From: a candidate division FCPU426 bacterium
GTDB lineage: Bacteria > Oederibacteriota > Muellerivitia > Muellerivitales > Muellerivitaceae
DNA: 64,000 nucleotides
Assembly (NCBI GenBank): GCA_963771075.1
Contig: CAVYSE010000019.1
Coordinates: 1-64,000 of the forward strand
Direction of reading: 5' to 3'
In this document: in pieces, positions 19,392-30,113 of the stretch
How positions within the stretch are numbered: position 1 is the stretch's first letter
Layout of the letters: the number at the start of each line of letters is the position of its first letter
Made by a program: the position numbers and the translations under genes
Notes under the pieces: model-generated
What the model was told of the DNA's origin: nothing
Databases searched by the model: none
What the model saw: only the letters and a program-made list of their open reading frames with translations

Positions 19392-19671
19392 GTTTTCCCG
19401 TGCGAGCTAAAGATCAGGTCCCCAAAGGGGCCACCATCATAAAGGAAAGTACTGAGCCGTCAAAGCAGGGTTTAAAGATTAAAAGCCTTTTTCCACAAAG
19501 GACATGCGCCACCTATCCATTTATGAGGATTTTAAAGAGGATGGTATAGTCCACATCACCCTATTCGATTTTAAATTTGGAAATGCGGGACGAAGTCACA
19601 AAGTTAAAATTTTGATATTTTCCTAATTTTCAGGCCGCACTTTGTGGTCCAAGCTTAAAGTTTAAGGAGAT

Positions 19672-19704
19672 AAAAAAAGGCCCCCGACTTTGGCCGGGAG
19701 CCTT
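19672..19704 (-). terminator. Intrinsic terminator of the cold-shock gene
   Basis: Minus strand AAGGCTCCCG-loop-CGGGGGCCTT followed by a U-run. Confidence 0.75.
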
Positions 19705-19727
19705 GGGTTAAGCGTCGGCAATAAGGT

Positions 19728-19928
19728 TTAGACTTTGCGGACGTTTTCAGCCTTCAAACCCTTGTCGCCACGGGTAACATCAAATTCAACCCGGTCGCCC
19801 TCGTTCAAGGTTTTGAAACCATCGACTTGGATCGAGGAATAATGAACGAATACATCCTCGCCACCGTCTTGGGAGATAAAGCCGAAACCCTTCTCATTCT
19901 TGAACCACTTCACAGTACCTTGCGCCAT
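19728..19928 (-). CDS. Cold-shock protein (CspA family)
   Basis: GTVKWF..EKGFGFI and DVFVHYS RNP motifs; 66 aa. Confidence 0.96.
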   Translation of the reverse strand: MAQGTVKWFKNEKGFGFISQDGGEDVFVHYSSIQVDGFKTLNEGDRVEFDVTRGDKGLKAENVRKV

Positions 19929-20068
19929 AACACCCTCAACTTATTAAAATTTAACTGCCTTACCCGAAAGGGACCGCCTTTGGGAAGGCGCATATATTAC
20001 AGGAAATGACATTTTTGAATATAGCTTTTTGTCCATAAGAAGTTACTTTTACACGGATTTTTCAAGGT

Positions 20069-21319
20069 TCAACCACCCTTTTGAAATTGATACGCGATTC
20101 CATAATTGCCCGGTGAGTCGCCATGGTTCAGATGAAGATACAGCAGTAACAAGGCTGTCACAATGAGTTGGGCAACCCAAATCACCGTCAAATACCCCTG
20201 TCCCTTTCGCGGGTCACTTAAACCCAGACGGGAAAACCAAACCCATTGCAAAGGAAAAGCCATCAGCAGGTAATGCCGCAGGATTTCAAGGCAGGCAAGG
20301 GTCATCAGCAGTCCCGAACCAATCAAAACGGAATTAATAGCCAACCCGGTTTCGGTTTTATCCGAAACCCTGGGCCAAAAACTCTTGTTTTTCACCGACG
20401 AAATCAACACCAAGATTCCAACCACCACTATCACGATATGAAGAAAACCAACAAGGTAAGTTCCCGTTTCCCCGATCAAGGGGTAACGCAGGAAATCAAA
20501 GAAACTTTTGGTTTTCAAGCTGTTGGTAACCGCGATTCCAATGGAATCGGTGGCCCAATAAAACCAAAATTTCGGGTAGAGGACCCAGGAAAGCCTGCTC
20601 CAGGTAAAACCACTTGGTAGCGGACTGGACAGTAGGGATCGCAGCCATGGGACCATCGGGAGAACGCCGATCACTGAGCCGAGGAACCAAGAACCCCATT
20701 TCACCCCTCGGTCCTTCAGGATCGTCCAAAGTAATACCCCTGCAGCCAAAAAGAAACCCGACATGTGGATCTGCCCCAGGCAAACGGCGAGCAGGCCCCA
20801 GAAGAAGGCCCCGGTTCTTTTATGCCGGTAATGCCAGGCGATCCAGGTCAACACACAAAAAAACGGAAGGGTGCATTGGGCCCAGATCTTCCGTTGAAAA
20901 ATCACCTCGAAAGGATTGACCGCCACAAATGTGGTGGCCCAGCACCAGTAGGATCTCTCCGCCTCCGGTATCAACCGATAACTGAAAAATGCCAGGATCA
21001 CCAACCCCAGGATGTTGAGTAGCTGTACCGCCCGGGCCAAATCCGGGGGGGTGGAAGCATGGGTGATTTGGGAGAGGGCGATAAAAACCCAAACGCTCAT
21101 CCCTGGGTTTTTGACACTGGCCACTCCCGAGGTCATCCCGTAAAGGGGCCAAGCATGCGCGGCGCCCATCGTTCGGGTGGTCTCGAACATCCACCGTTCA
21201 TCGCCCTTGTATTCAATGTCACCCGGGAAGGAAAGGCGCAGAACCGCGCCTAACAGGAGCGCCAAAATCAAAAAAGGCAGCCAGTTTTTCAAGTTAGTAT
21301 TGGATTTGGACTTAATCAA
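20069..21319 (-). CDS. Polytopic GT-C-fold (ArnT/PMT-like) glycosyltransferase
   Basis: First TM followed by DIEYKGDE; RKIWAQ; QIHMSG; many TM helices. Confidence 0.65.
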   Translation of the reverse strand: MIKSKSNTNLKNWLPFLILALLLGAVLRLSFPGDIEYKGDERWMFETTRTMGAAHAWPLYGMTSGVASVKNPGMSVWVFIALSQITHASTPPDLARAVQLLNILGLVILAFFSYRLIPEAERSYWCWATTFVAVNPFEVIFQRKIWAQCTLPFFCVLTWIAWHYRHKRTGAFFWGLLAVCLGQIHMSGFFLAAGVLLWTILKDRGVKWGSWFLGSVIGVLPMVPWLRSLLSSPLPSGFTWSRLSWVLYPKFWFYWATDSIGIAVTNSLKTKSFFDFLRYPLIGETGTYLVGFLHIVIVVVGILVLISSVKNKSFWPRVSDKTETGLAINSVLIGSGLLMTLACLEILRHYLLMAFPLQWVWFSRLGLSDPRKGQGYLTVIWVAQLIVTALLLLYLHLNHGDSPGNYGIAYQFQKGG

Positions 21320-21389
21320 TTGTTATGCCTTGATAAGGGGGGGTGGCATGTGCCCTATGGGTTGGGGTTCTATTATATTTGATTCTTAA

Positions 21390-21839
21390 TTACCGCAGGG
21401 TGAGCGCGAGGAATCCGAATTCCAAAAACACCAAACCGAATATGAAAACCGTTCCCAAGATGAGCCAACCCCAACCTTCGGTGAGGGGCGCGCCCAACAG
21501 GGGCTTTTTCGCGGGCCAAACTTGGATATAGTCGCCATGCGCCGGTTCCAACTGATCGGGCCAGGCGGGGTAGAGGCAATAGACATGTTCGTAATTTTTC
21601 TTGTCGATTCTCACGGTTAGGTCGAAAAGGCCTCCCACACGGCAACCGGTTTGGATTTTACCCATGTGGTTGGAGATAGTTTGAACCATGGCTTCATCCC
21701 CGCCACGGCAGGTCACGATGGAAAAGACCGGATAGAGGAGGAATAAAAGGGCCAGACCCAAAAACACCACCGCCAACAACGCTCCAGCCAATTTCAATCC
21801 GATCAATCGCAGGGGTTCCATCCATTTGGGAGTGGCCAT
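21390..21839 (-). CDS. Hypothetical membrane protein (two TM helices flanking a Cys-containing loop)
   Basis: ATG with GAAGGA upstream; hydrophobic N- and C-terminal segments. Confidence 0.65.
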   Translation of the reverse strand: MATPKWMEPLRLIGLKLAGALLAVVFLGLALLFLLYPVFSIVTCRGGDEAMVQTISNHMGKIQTGCRVGGLFDLTVRIDKKNYEHVYCLYPAWPDQLEPAHGDYIQVWPAKKPLLGAPLTEGWGWLILGTVFIFGLVFLEFGFLALTLR

Positions 21840-21949
21840 GGTCTTCCTTCAGAAAAGATAGAGAAATTCGAAGGCATCATTGTATCGGTGGTCCTTGGAA
21901 CTTCCCACCGAATTTTGGTTTAAAGAATTACCAAAAACAAAATCATTCG

Positions 21950-22037
21950 CCACCAAATCAACAAGACATTAAGAAAAGCTTTAATTATAAAACTAAAAAC
22001 CTGTTTCTGTCTTACTTGGCGCTTAGGGTCTTGGTGG
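21950..22037. repeat. Inverted 8-mer tandem-repeat element downstream of sufT
   Basis: Left CCACCAAA TCAACAAG ACATTAAG (21950-21973); right CTTGGCG CTTAGGGT CTTGGTGG (22015-22037); AT-rich spacer. Confidence 0.75.
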
Positions 22038-22056
22038 TAAATTCAAAAATCTTAAG

Positions 22057-22624
22057 TTACATCATTCCCAATTGAAGCCGTGCGGCTTCCGTCATGAGGC
22101 TTTGGTTCCAAGGAGGGTCAAAGGTGACTTCCACAAACGATTCGCGCACACCTGGAATGTTGGCCAATTTTTCCTCGATTTCAGCCTTGAGAACCGTGGA
22201 CATCCCGCAGCCCGGGGCCGTCAGGGTCATCACCACCTCGACCCTTTTTCCCGCCTTCCGCATGTTCTTTGATGATACACCCGTAAATCAGGCCCAACTC
22301 CACGATATCCACCGGAATTTCGGGATCGTAGCAGGTCTTAAGGGCCATCCAGACTTTTTTTTCGACCGTGGCCGAGTCCACCGCGCCCTGGTCTTTATAT
22401 TCGATCTTGAAAATCTTTGCTTCCGCCGGGACTTCTTTGCCCAAAGCGTCCGCGTCCTTCCCCTCGATGCGGACCAATTGCCCATTGTCGCGCTGGACGG
22501 TGAAGCTTCCGCCCAGGGTTTGGGTCAGATAAACCTTTTCGTCCTTAAAGACGACTGTTTCCGTCCCATAAGGAATCGTAATAGCCTTGGCGTCCCGGGC
22601 CAGGGTCAATAATTCGTTTTTCAT
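22057..22624 (-). CDS. sufT: Fe-S assembly protein SufT (DUF59/PaaD-like); apparent frameshift near 22243
   Basis: TQTLGGSFTV, YDPEIPVDIVELGLIY in one frame; MTLTAPGCGM, DPPW..SLMTEAARLQLG in another. The junction lies in G/A homopolymers. Confidence 0.88.
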
Positions 22625-23091
22625 TCCCCGTCCCCTAATCCGTCATCGGTAGATACCGGTTCTTTTTTCTCGTGCAAGGCCGCGTCCAAGGTGTGCCAAG
22701 CCAGGCTGGCGCACTTGACCCGTGCCGGATAATCCCTCACCCCCGCGAAAACCTTCAGCTTGCCCAAACCTTCGATGGTGGCGTCGTCCTGTCCCGTCAC
22801 CAGGCGGTGAAAATGATGGAACAACTTCTCGGCTTCCTGGGTGCTCTTCCCCTTCAGGGCGTCTGTCATCATGGAGGCCGAGGCCTTGGAAATGGCGCAG
22901 CCCGAACCCTTGAACTTGATGTCCTCGATCTTGCCCTGGCCGTCCACCTTGAGGTTGAGGGAAATGCGGTCCCCGCAAAGGGGGTTGAACCCGACTGCGT
23001 GGCGGTTGGGCAATTCCATGTCGCCGAAGTTATGGGGATGCTTTTGGTGGTCCAGGATCACTTCCTGGTAGAGGTCCCTTAGATCCGACAT
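22621..23091 (-). CDS. sufU: SUF NifU-like scaffold/sulfur-transfer protein
   Basis: LYQEVILDH, NPLCGD, GCAISKASAS, RVKCASLAWH. Confidence 0.95.
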   Translation of the reverse strand: MSDLRDLYQEVILDHQKHPHNFGDMELPNRHAVGFNPLCGDRISLNLKVDGQGKIEDIKFKGSGCAISKASASMMTDALKGKSTQEAEKLFHHFHRLVTGQDDATIEGLGKLKVFAGVRDYPARVKCASLAWHTLDAALHEKKEPVSTDDGLGDGE

Positions 23092-23117
23092 GTCAGTTCC
23101 TTTTCGCTCGCTCTTCT

Positions 23118-24420
23118 TCATCCAAACAACTCCAGCGCCTTGTTCAGGCCGATCACCAGCGCTTCAGTGTCCTGGGTCGTGTTGTAAAGCGCCAAGGAGG
23201 CCCGGGCCGTGGCGGCGATGCCGTAACGGTCCATTACCGGCTGGGCGCAATGGTGTCCGGCACGGATGGCCACGCCCTCCTGGTCCAGGATGGTCCCCAG
23301 GTCGTGGGGATGGATCTCGCCCAAAGTGAAGGAAAGCACCCCTGCCTTGTGGGCGGAGGTGCCGATTAAGGTCAACCCGGGAACCTGCTTTAAGACACTT
23401 GGTCCCATAGGCCAGCAGGTTTTCCTCATGGGCGGCGATGAGCGACAGACCAATTTGGGAGACGTAATCCAACGCCGCGCCAAAGCCGATCACTTCCGCG
23501 ATCGCCGGGGTTCCCGCCTCGAACTTGTGGGGAGGCTTTTTGTAGATGGTTTTCTCAAATGTGACCGAAGCGATCATGTCCCCGCCGCCCTGGTAGGGGG
23601 GCATGGCGTCCAGCAGGGCGTATTTTCCGTAAAGGATACCGATCCCCGTGGGTCCGTAAAGCTTGTGTCCCGAGAAAGCGTAAAAGTCGCAATCCAGCGC
23701 GCGCACATCCACCGGCATATGGGAAACGGCCTGGGCGCCATCCACCAACACCTTCGCTCCCTTTTCATGGGCCAGGCGGATCAAGTCCGCCACCGGGTTC
23801 ACCGTTCCCAGGGCATTCGACACCTGGGTGATGGCCAGCATCTTGGTTTTCGCATTCAACAGTTCCGAGATATTTTTCAGGTCCAGGTCGCCCTCATCGG
23901 TGATGGGGATGACCTTCAGCTTCGCGCCCTTTTCATCGCAAACCATCTGCCAGGGCACGATGTTGGAATGGTGTTCCATGCCGGTGATGAGCACCTCATC
24001 CCCGGTTTTCAAATGGGCCCTTCCCCAGGTCTGGGCCACCAGGTTGATGCCCTCGGTGGTTCCACGGGTAAAGATGATTTCTTTGGCATCCGCCGCGTTG
24101 ATAAATTTTTGAACGTTGGTCCGAACGCCCTCATAAACCTGAGTGGCCTGTTCGCTCAGGAAGTGCACACCCCGGTGGATGTTGGCATTCTGCTTGCGGT
24201 AATAGTTGTCCAAAGCCTTGATCACAGTCAGGGGCTTCTGCGTGGTCGCGGCGTTGTCTAAATAAACCAGAGGCTTGTCGTGCACGGTCGAGGACAGGAT
24301 GGGAAATTCCTGTCGGATTTTAACTAAATCAAAAGGTTTCGTTGTTTCACTGTTGATTTCATTTTGGTCTTTCTTGGTGTCTTGGTGTCTTGGTGGTGGA
24401 TTCGGGTTTGTAACGTTCAT
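23118..24420 (-). CDS. sufS: Cysteine desulfurase SufS; apparent frameshift near 23390
   Basis: YLDNAATTQKP, SGHKLYGPTG, FEAGTP; the C-terminus HPHD..RAGHHCAQP continues in the adjacent frame. Confidence 0.93.
24373..24396. repeat. Perfect CTTGGTGT CTTGGTGT CTTGGTGG arm inside the sufS 5' coding region
   Basis: Same unit as the arms at 16330 and 22015; encodes part of PPPRHQDTK. Confidence 0.75.
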
Positions 24421-25740
24421 GGCTTCTTCTCCCCCATCCAATCCTGGATCATTTTCTCGATGGGCATCTGCAGATAATCGGAAGGCACCCTCCCCACCAT
24501 CTCGCCCGCAAAGGCGTAGACCAATAGTTCCTTGGCCTCTTTCGCTCCAATTCCCCGGGAGCGCAGGTAGAAGAGGGCTTCCTCGTCCAACTGACCCGTG
24601 GCCGATCCGTGGGAACACTTCACGTCGTCCGCGTAAATCTGAAGCTGGGGTTTGGCATACACGGTAGCCGTATCGGAAAGTTGGAGGTTCTTATTTGCCT
24701 GTCGGGCATCGGTTTTCTGGGCGTTCTCCCGCACCAGCACCCGGCCGTCAAAGACTCCCCCCGCGTGGCCGTCCACCACCGTCTTGAAAAGCTGTTCGCT
24801 TTGTCCCTGTTCCACCGCGTGGTCCACGAAGGTGCGCACATCCAGATGCTGTTTGCCCCTTCCCAGCGCTAGACCCTCGAACACGCAATGGGCATGGGGC
24901 TCGGCCAGGAACGATTCCATCTCGCTTCGACCCAGGATTCCCCCGAGCGAGAAGACCCGCGCGGTGAACTGGCTTCCCTGCGCCTGGTGCGCCGCCAGTG
25001 AACCCAGGTGGAAACTCAAAAGGCTTTCTTGTTGGATCTTGGTGTGATCCAAACGGGCGTCTTTTTCTAGCGCCACCTTGGTGACGGCGTTGGTAAAATA
25101 GGGCTTCAGGTTGTTGCCCCAATAGTGCTCAATGACCGAAGCCGAGGACCCCTCTTCAAGTAGACAGCAGGTTCCGAATATGCGATTGGGTCGCCAGACC
25201 GGCATTGCTAGAAAGGAAAACCAGGTGAAGGGGCTTGTTCATTTGAACGCCCGGGCCCAGGTGCAAAAAGACCCCGTCTGTAAAAAAGGCGTAATTAAGC
25301 GAAACAAAAGGCCGGTTTTCGAAGGGGAGAATGTGTGAGAAATAGCGTTTCAGGGGGCCGTCCGCCAGGCTTTCAATCAAGCTTCGCATCTTGGCGCCCC
25401 GGGGCAATTCGCCCACCGAGGAATGTTCGGGGTTGAAATGGCCGTTCACAAAGACCATCAAATGAGCCTTCGAAGTCTCAAATCCCTGCGACTCCAGCTC
25501 AGCCTTCACCGCGTCCCGCACCGTACCTTCCTGGGTCAGGTTGAAGCTGTTCTTGTAAAACTCATCCAGGCTGGTGTGTTTCCACGATTCGTCTTCCGGG
25601 GTGGGAAATCCGGTTTCTTTGAAGGATTCCAGGGTCTTCTCACGGGTATCCTTCAGCCAGAAAGGGTCCTTGACCAGGGCGGTCTTTTCCCAGTCGGGGA
25701 AGAGAGAGAGGTAGTTTTCTTTCGCTTGGATGGTTTCCAT
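24417..25740 (-). CDS. sufD: Fe-S assembly protein SufD; apparent frameshift near 25163
   Basis: FPTPEDESWKHT, VFVNG; C-terminal KPQLQIYADDVKCSHGSATGQLD..LFYLRSRGI. Confidence 0.92.
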
Positions 25741-26502
25741 TACGCTTTCACTTCTTCCTTGGCCTCGGGGATCCAGCCATAGCCGCTCTTTTCGAGTTCC
25801 AGGGCCAGTTCCTTGCCGCCCGATTTCACGATGCGTCCCTGGGCCAGCACATGGATCTGGTCGGGCACGATGTATTCCAGCAACCTCTGATAGTGGGTCA
25901 CGAGCAGGAAAGCCCGGTCCTTCCGGCGCAGGGCGTTCACGCCGTCCGCTACCACCTTGAGGGCGTCGATATCCAGCCCCGAATCGGTCTCATCCAAGAT
26001 GGCCAGCTTGGGTTCCAGCACGGCCATCTGGAGAATTTCATTCTTTTTCTTTTCCCCGCCCGAAAAACCCTCGTTTACCGCGCGGGAGAGCATGGATTCG
26101 TCCATTTTGAGGGGTTTTAGCTTGGCCTTGACCAGCTCCAGAAAATCCATGGCGTCCAGTTCTTCCTCGCCCCGGCTCTTGCGAAGCGCGTTCAGGGCCG
26201 CCTTGAGGAAATAGGTGTTATTCACGCCCGGAATCTCGACCGGATACTGGAAAGCCAAAAAGATGCCCGCCCGGGCCCGGTCTTCCGGGGACCAATGGCA
26301 AAAGGTCTTTACCCTCGTAGAGCACCGACCCGCCGTTTACTTCGTAACCTTCCCGGCCCGAAAGGACATGCGCCAGGGTGCTTTTGCCCGAACCGTTAGG
26401 CCCCATAATGGCGTGCACTTCCCCGGGCTTCAGGGTAAGGTTGATCCCCTTGAGGATCTGCTTATCTTCGACTTTGACCTGCAAATTTTTGATCTCTAAC
26501 AT
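25740..26502 (-). CDS. sufC: Fe-S assembly ATPase SufC; apparent frameshift near 26290
   Basis: [11 protein letters not shown]alker [39 protein letters not shown]. Confidence 0.94.
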
Positions 26503-26528
26503 TTTGATTTCCTCGGTTATTGCGGTTC

Positions 26529-26560
26529 ACTAAAAGCTAACAGCCAACCGCTAATGGCTG
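26529..26560. repeat. Heptamer tandem array (GCTAANN type) between sufB and sufC
   Basis: ACTAAAA GCTAACA GCCAACC GCTAATG GCTG. Confidence 0.6.
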
Positions 26561-26569
26561 TATTTGGAT

Positions 26570-28020
26570 TTATCCGACCGACCCTTCCAGACTCACCGCC
26601 AGTAATTTTTGCGCCTCGACCGCGAACTCCATGGGGAGCTTGCGGAATACTTCCTTACAGAACCCGTTCACGATCAGGTTCACCGCGTCCTCGCTGGAAA
26701 GCCCACGTTGGCGGCAGTAGAAAACCTGGTCCTCGCTGATCTTCGAGGTGGAGGCCTCATGGCCCACCTTGGCGCTGTTGTTGCGCACGTCGATATAGGG
26801 CACCGTATGGGCCCCGCACTCCGAGCCCATCAAGAGCGAGTCGCACTGGGTGTAATTTTGCGCCCCCTCCGCCTTGGGGAGTATTCGGACCAATCCCCGG
26901 TATGTGTTCTGACCCTTCCCCGCCGAGATTCCCTTGGAAATGATGGTGCTTTTGGTGTTCTTGCCCACGTGGATCATCTTGGTGCCCGTGTCGGCTTGCT
27001 GGCGGTTGTTGACCACCGCCACGGAATAGAACTCGCCCACCGAGTTGTCGCCCTGCAGAATGCAGCTGGGGTATTTCCAGGTGATGGCCGAGCCGGTCTC
27101 TACCTGGGTCCAGGAGATCTTGGAGCCGTTGCCCCTGCATGCCCCGCGCTTAGTCACGAAGTTGTATACCCCGCCCTTGCCTTCCTTGTCGCCCGGGTAC
27201 CAGTTCTGCACGGTGGAATACTTGATCTCGGCGTTCCCTAAGGCTACCAGTTCTACTACCGCGGCGTGCAGTTGGTTCTCATCCCGCATGGGGGCGGTAC
27301 AGCCTTCCAGGTAGCTCACATAAGAACCCTCGTCGGCGATTAGAAGCGTACGCTCAAACTGTCCCGTCTTGGCGGCGTTGATGCGGAAGTAGGTGGAAAG
27401 TTCCATCGGGCAGCGAACACCCTTGGGGATGTAGCAGAAAGACCCGTCGGTAAAGACCGCGCTGTTCAGGGTTGCGAAGAAGTTGTCGTTATAGGGCACC
27501 ACCGTGCCCAGGTATTTCTCGACCAGGTCCGGGTGTTCCAGTACCGCCTCAGAGAAGGAGCAAAAGATCACGCCCATCTCGCCAAGTTTCTTCTTGAAGG
27601 TCGTTCCGACCGACACGCTGTCGAAGACCGCGTCCACGGCCACCCCGGCCAGCATTTCCCGTTCTTGCAGGGGCACACCCAGCTTCTCGAAAGTCTTGAG
27701 GATTTCCGGGTCCACCTCGGCCAGGCTCTTGGGGCCGTTGGTCTTGGGGGCGGAGTAATAAACGATGTCCTGGTAGTCGATGGCCGGGTAATGCACCGAG
27801 GGCCACTTGGGTTCTTTCATCTTGGTCCAATGGCGGAAGCTTTTCAGCCGCCATTGCAAAAGAAAATCGGGTTCTTTTTTCTTATGCGAGATGAAGCGAA
27901 TGATGTCTTCGTTCAACCCCGGCGGGGCGCTATCGGCCTCGATATTGGTGACGAACCCAAACTTGTAGTCTTCTTGGGTGACTTTATCGACAGCGCTATT
28001 TTGGTATCGGCGGCGGCCAT
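26570..28020 (-). CDS. sufB: Fe-S assembly protein SufB; apparent frameshift near 28000
   Basis: [46 protein letters not shown]. The ATG at 28020 is out of frame by one base across an A-run. Confidence 0.95.
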
Positions 28021-28056
28021 GACTTTAAACCGTTCTGGGCTGGCAAGCCCTGGGAT

Positions 28057-28550
28057 TCAGTTGGGGAGGCTGCGGAAGTCCGAACGAGCGCCGGTGGTTT
28101 TCTGCAGATATTTTTGCATTTGCGGCTCGGTTTGCACTAAATCCGAAAGCTTGCACTTTTTCAGGTAGCTGGAAACCGACATGTCCAACCCCATCCAGAG
28201 GGACCGGATGGCGCAATCCATGTTGTGGATGCATCCCAGGTGGTCGCTCGCGGGGACGGAAGGCGTATCGCAATAGTCCTCGTGCTTGAAAAACTTGCCG
28301 GCCATGGCTTCCATCACTTCATGCACGTTGATCTCTTGGGGAGGCTTACTGAGCTGGTATCCCCCGCTTTGGCCCCGGATGCTTTGCACCAACCCGCTTT
28401 GCGCAAGATGCTCATGATCTTGGCTACATAGGCCGTGGTGAGGGCTTCCTTTTGGGCCAATTCCACAATGGTGGTATTGCCCTCAATGCCCTTTTTGGCC
28501 ATTTGAAGCATGCAGCGAAGGCCATATTCCTCGGTGGATGTGAATTTCAT
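28057..28550 (-). CDS. Rrf2-family (IscR-like) Fe-S regulator; apparent frameshift near 28393
   Basis: EEYGLRCML, then LVQSIRGQSGGYQL in the adjacent frame; three Cys (YC..GC..DC) before LW; first gene of the suf operon. Confidence 0.9.
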
Positions 28551-28590
28551 TTCCTCTGCCTTAAAACCAAGATTTAACCTCAATTTCCGC

Positions 28591-28614
28591 AATCTTTACT
28601 AAAAAGTCAAGTAT
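28591..28614 (-). promoter_or_regulatory. IscR type-1-like operator overlapping a TTGACT -35 of the suf operon
   Basis: Minus strand ATACTTGACT-TTTT-AGTAAAGATT resembles ATASYYGACT-N5-AGTCRRSTAT, with the spacer one base short within a T-run. Confidence 0.6.
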
Positions 28615-28651
28615 AGAGGTAAAGATTGATGATTTAAGGGTTTTTTAAAGT

Positions 28652-28852
28652 TTAGGGTGTTTGGTTTGATCCGAAATGATTGCTAATAAAAGTATGAGCC
28701 TTGTCAATCCAAGGGTGGGTATTAATGACCGCTAAATCCCATAAAAACCTTAAAACAAACAGGGTATGGTGCCAATTATAAATGGCGATGGCCAGCAAAA
28801 TAGCCAGCAGAATCCCTAAAACCGCTTTACCGGTTCCTTCATCACTTTTCAT
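28652..28852 (-). CDS. Small membrane protein
   Basis: 66 aa, hydrophobic N-terminal helix, ATGA overlap with the gluconokinase stop. Confidence 0.6.
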   Translation of the reverse strand: MKSDEGTGKAVLGILLAILLAIAIYNWHHTLFVLRFLWDLAVINTHPWIDKAHTFISNHFGSNQTP

Positions 28853-29337
28853 TTCAACTCCAAATTCAATCGATCACGAATGATACCCGCTATTCTACCG
28901 GGTGGCAGGATATTTTCTACCTTTAGGGCCTTATCGGGTTCTTCCAAATCCCGAAACTGGCTCTCCAGTAGCCCCACCGGAAAATAATGGCCCTTCCTTT
29001 TCGCGAGTCTTGCCCAGGCCAGCTTAAAACTGCTGTTTAAATAAACCCAACGGATAGGTCCGCTGTTTTCAAGGATCGAACGGTACTTCGCTTTTAAGGC
29101 CGAGCAAGACAGTACAAACAGGGGGTTTTGCCTCCGCCATTCGACCATCTTTTCGCTTAAAATCTTGAGCCAAGGCTCCCGGTCCTGGTCCATCAAAGCC
29201 CTTCCCTCCTTCATTTTTTCAATATTCCGGGGCGGGTGGAAATCATCCCCTTCATAAAAAGGGCATTCCAATAACTCCGCCAATATTTTCCCCACGGTGG
29301 TTTTGCCGCTTCCCGCGACGCCCATCAGAACGATCAT
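28849..29337 (-). CDS. Gluconokinase (GntK/IdnK type)
   Basis: MGVAGSGKTTVG, EGDDFHP..N..KM, DREPWL, CSALK..YR, LLESQF.DLEEP. Confidence 0.92.
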   Translation of the reverse strand: MIVLMGVAGSGKTTVGKILAELLECPFYEGDDFHPPRNIEKMKEGRALMDQDREPWLKILSEKMVEWRRQNPLFVLSCSALKAKYRSILENSGPIRWVYLNSSFKLAWARLAKRKGHYFPVGLLESQFRDLEEPDKALKVENILPPGRIAGIIRDRLNLELK

Positions 29338-30113
29338 TTCTTGTCTCCTCCCAAATCATGGGAAGGAAGCGCGAGGTAATAATCCAATGTCTTTAAGGGT
29401 TTCTCAAAAGTGAGTTGAAGGTATTCCAGTGTAGTCAGAAAAATCGAGCGCGCCTGAGCGGGAGTCAATTTCAAAACCGAAGTTCGGGAAAGGGGCAGTT
29501 CCAGAAGTTTCTTGATCCATTCTATGGATTGGGGGGTGGCATGAAGACGGGACGGCACCGAACCGCCGCAACTCAAGCAAAGCGCCCCGCCCCGGTGGGG
29601 CACTAGAACGGATTTCTTCCCCTTTAGGGATTCCCCGCATTCGGCGCATTCGGACAACTCCAGCGGGTTACCGCTGTCCTTGAGAAAGTGAAGGATAAAT
29701 GCAGCCAGGTGTTGTTCCCTTTGCGCGGAGTTATTTTCCCAGGCGGTCAACAGTTCCCCTACCTCGTCGTAAAGCTCCGCGTAGGGTTCCCCCTCGGGCA
29801 GGCATCCCAGAAGGATATCGGCGAGCAGTTGGAGCAGGGAGATGGCTTGCAGGTCTTTCTTGAGGCCGGGATGGCCGTTGAGAATCTTGGCTTGGGAAAG
29901 GCTAAAGGCTTCGCCCCTGGCCTGGGGGTGAAGCACAAATGCGGATTCGGTGAAAAACTCGAGGGAGGAAGCCATGCGGCTCTTGGGTTTGCGCACGCCC
30001 CGGGCGAAGGCCCGGATCTTGCCATTCCCCCGGGTCAGGAGCCGTATCCTCTTGTCCGCCTCACCCACGGCCGAGGCGGTAAGAACAAACCCCCGGTCCG
30101 TTTTTAGTTTCAA
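29334..30113 (-). CDS. recO: DNA repair protein RecO
   Basis: GEADK..LLT..GKI...ARGVRKPKSR; C4 zinc motif CAECG..CLSC. Confidence 0.93.
   Translation of the reverse strand: MKLKTDRGFVLTASAVGEADKRIRLLTRGNGKIRAFARGVRKPKSRMASSLEFFTESAFVLHPQARGEAFSLSQAKILNGHPGLKKDLQAISLLQLLADILLGCLPEGEPYAELYDEVGELLTAWENNSAQREQHLAAFILHFLKDSGNPLELSECAECGESLKGKKSVLVPHRGGALCLSCGGSVPSRLHATPQSIEWIKKLLELPLSRTSVLKLTPAQARSIFLTTLEYLQLTFEKPLKTLDYYLALPSHDLGGDKK

Noticed and set aside
22057..28550. suf operon as genuine pseudogenes or programmed frameshifting
   Set aside because: Indels are of mixed sign, mostly at homopolymers, with no shared slippery motif; neighbouring essential genes show the same pattern, so sequencing error is more likely.
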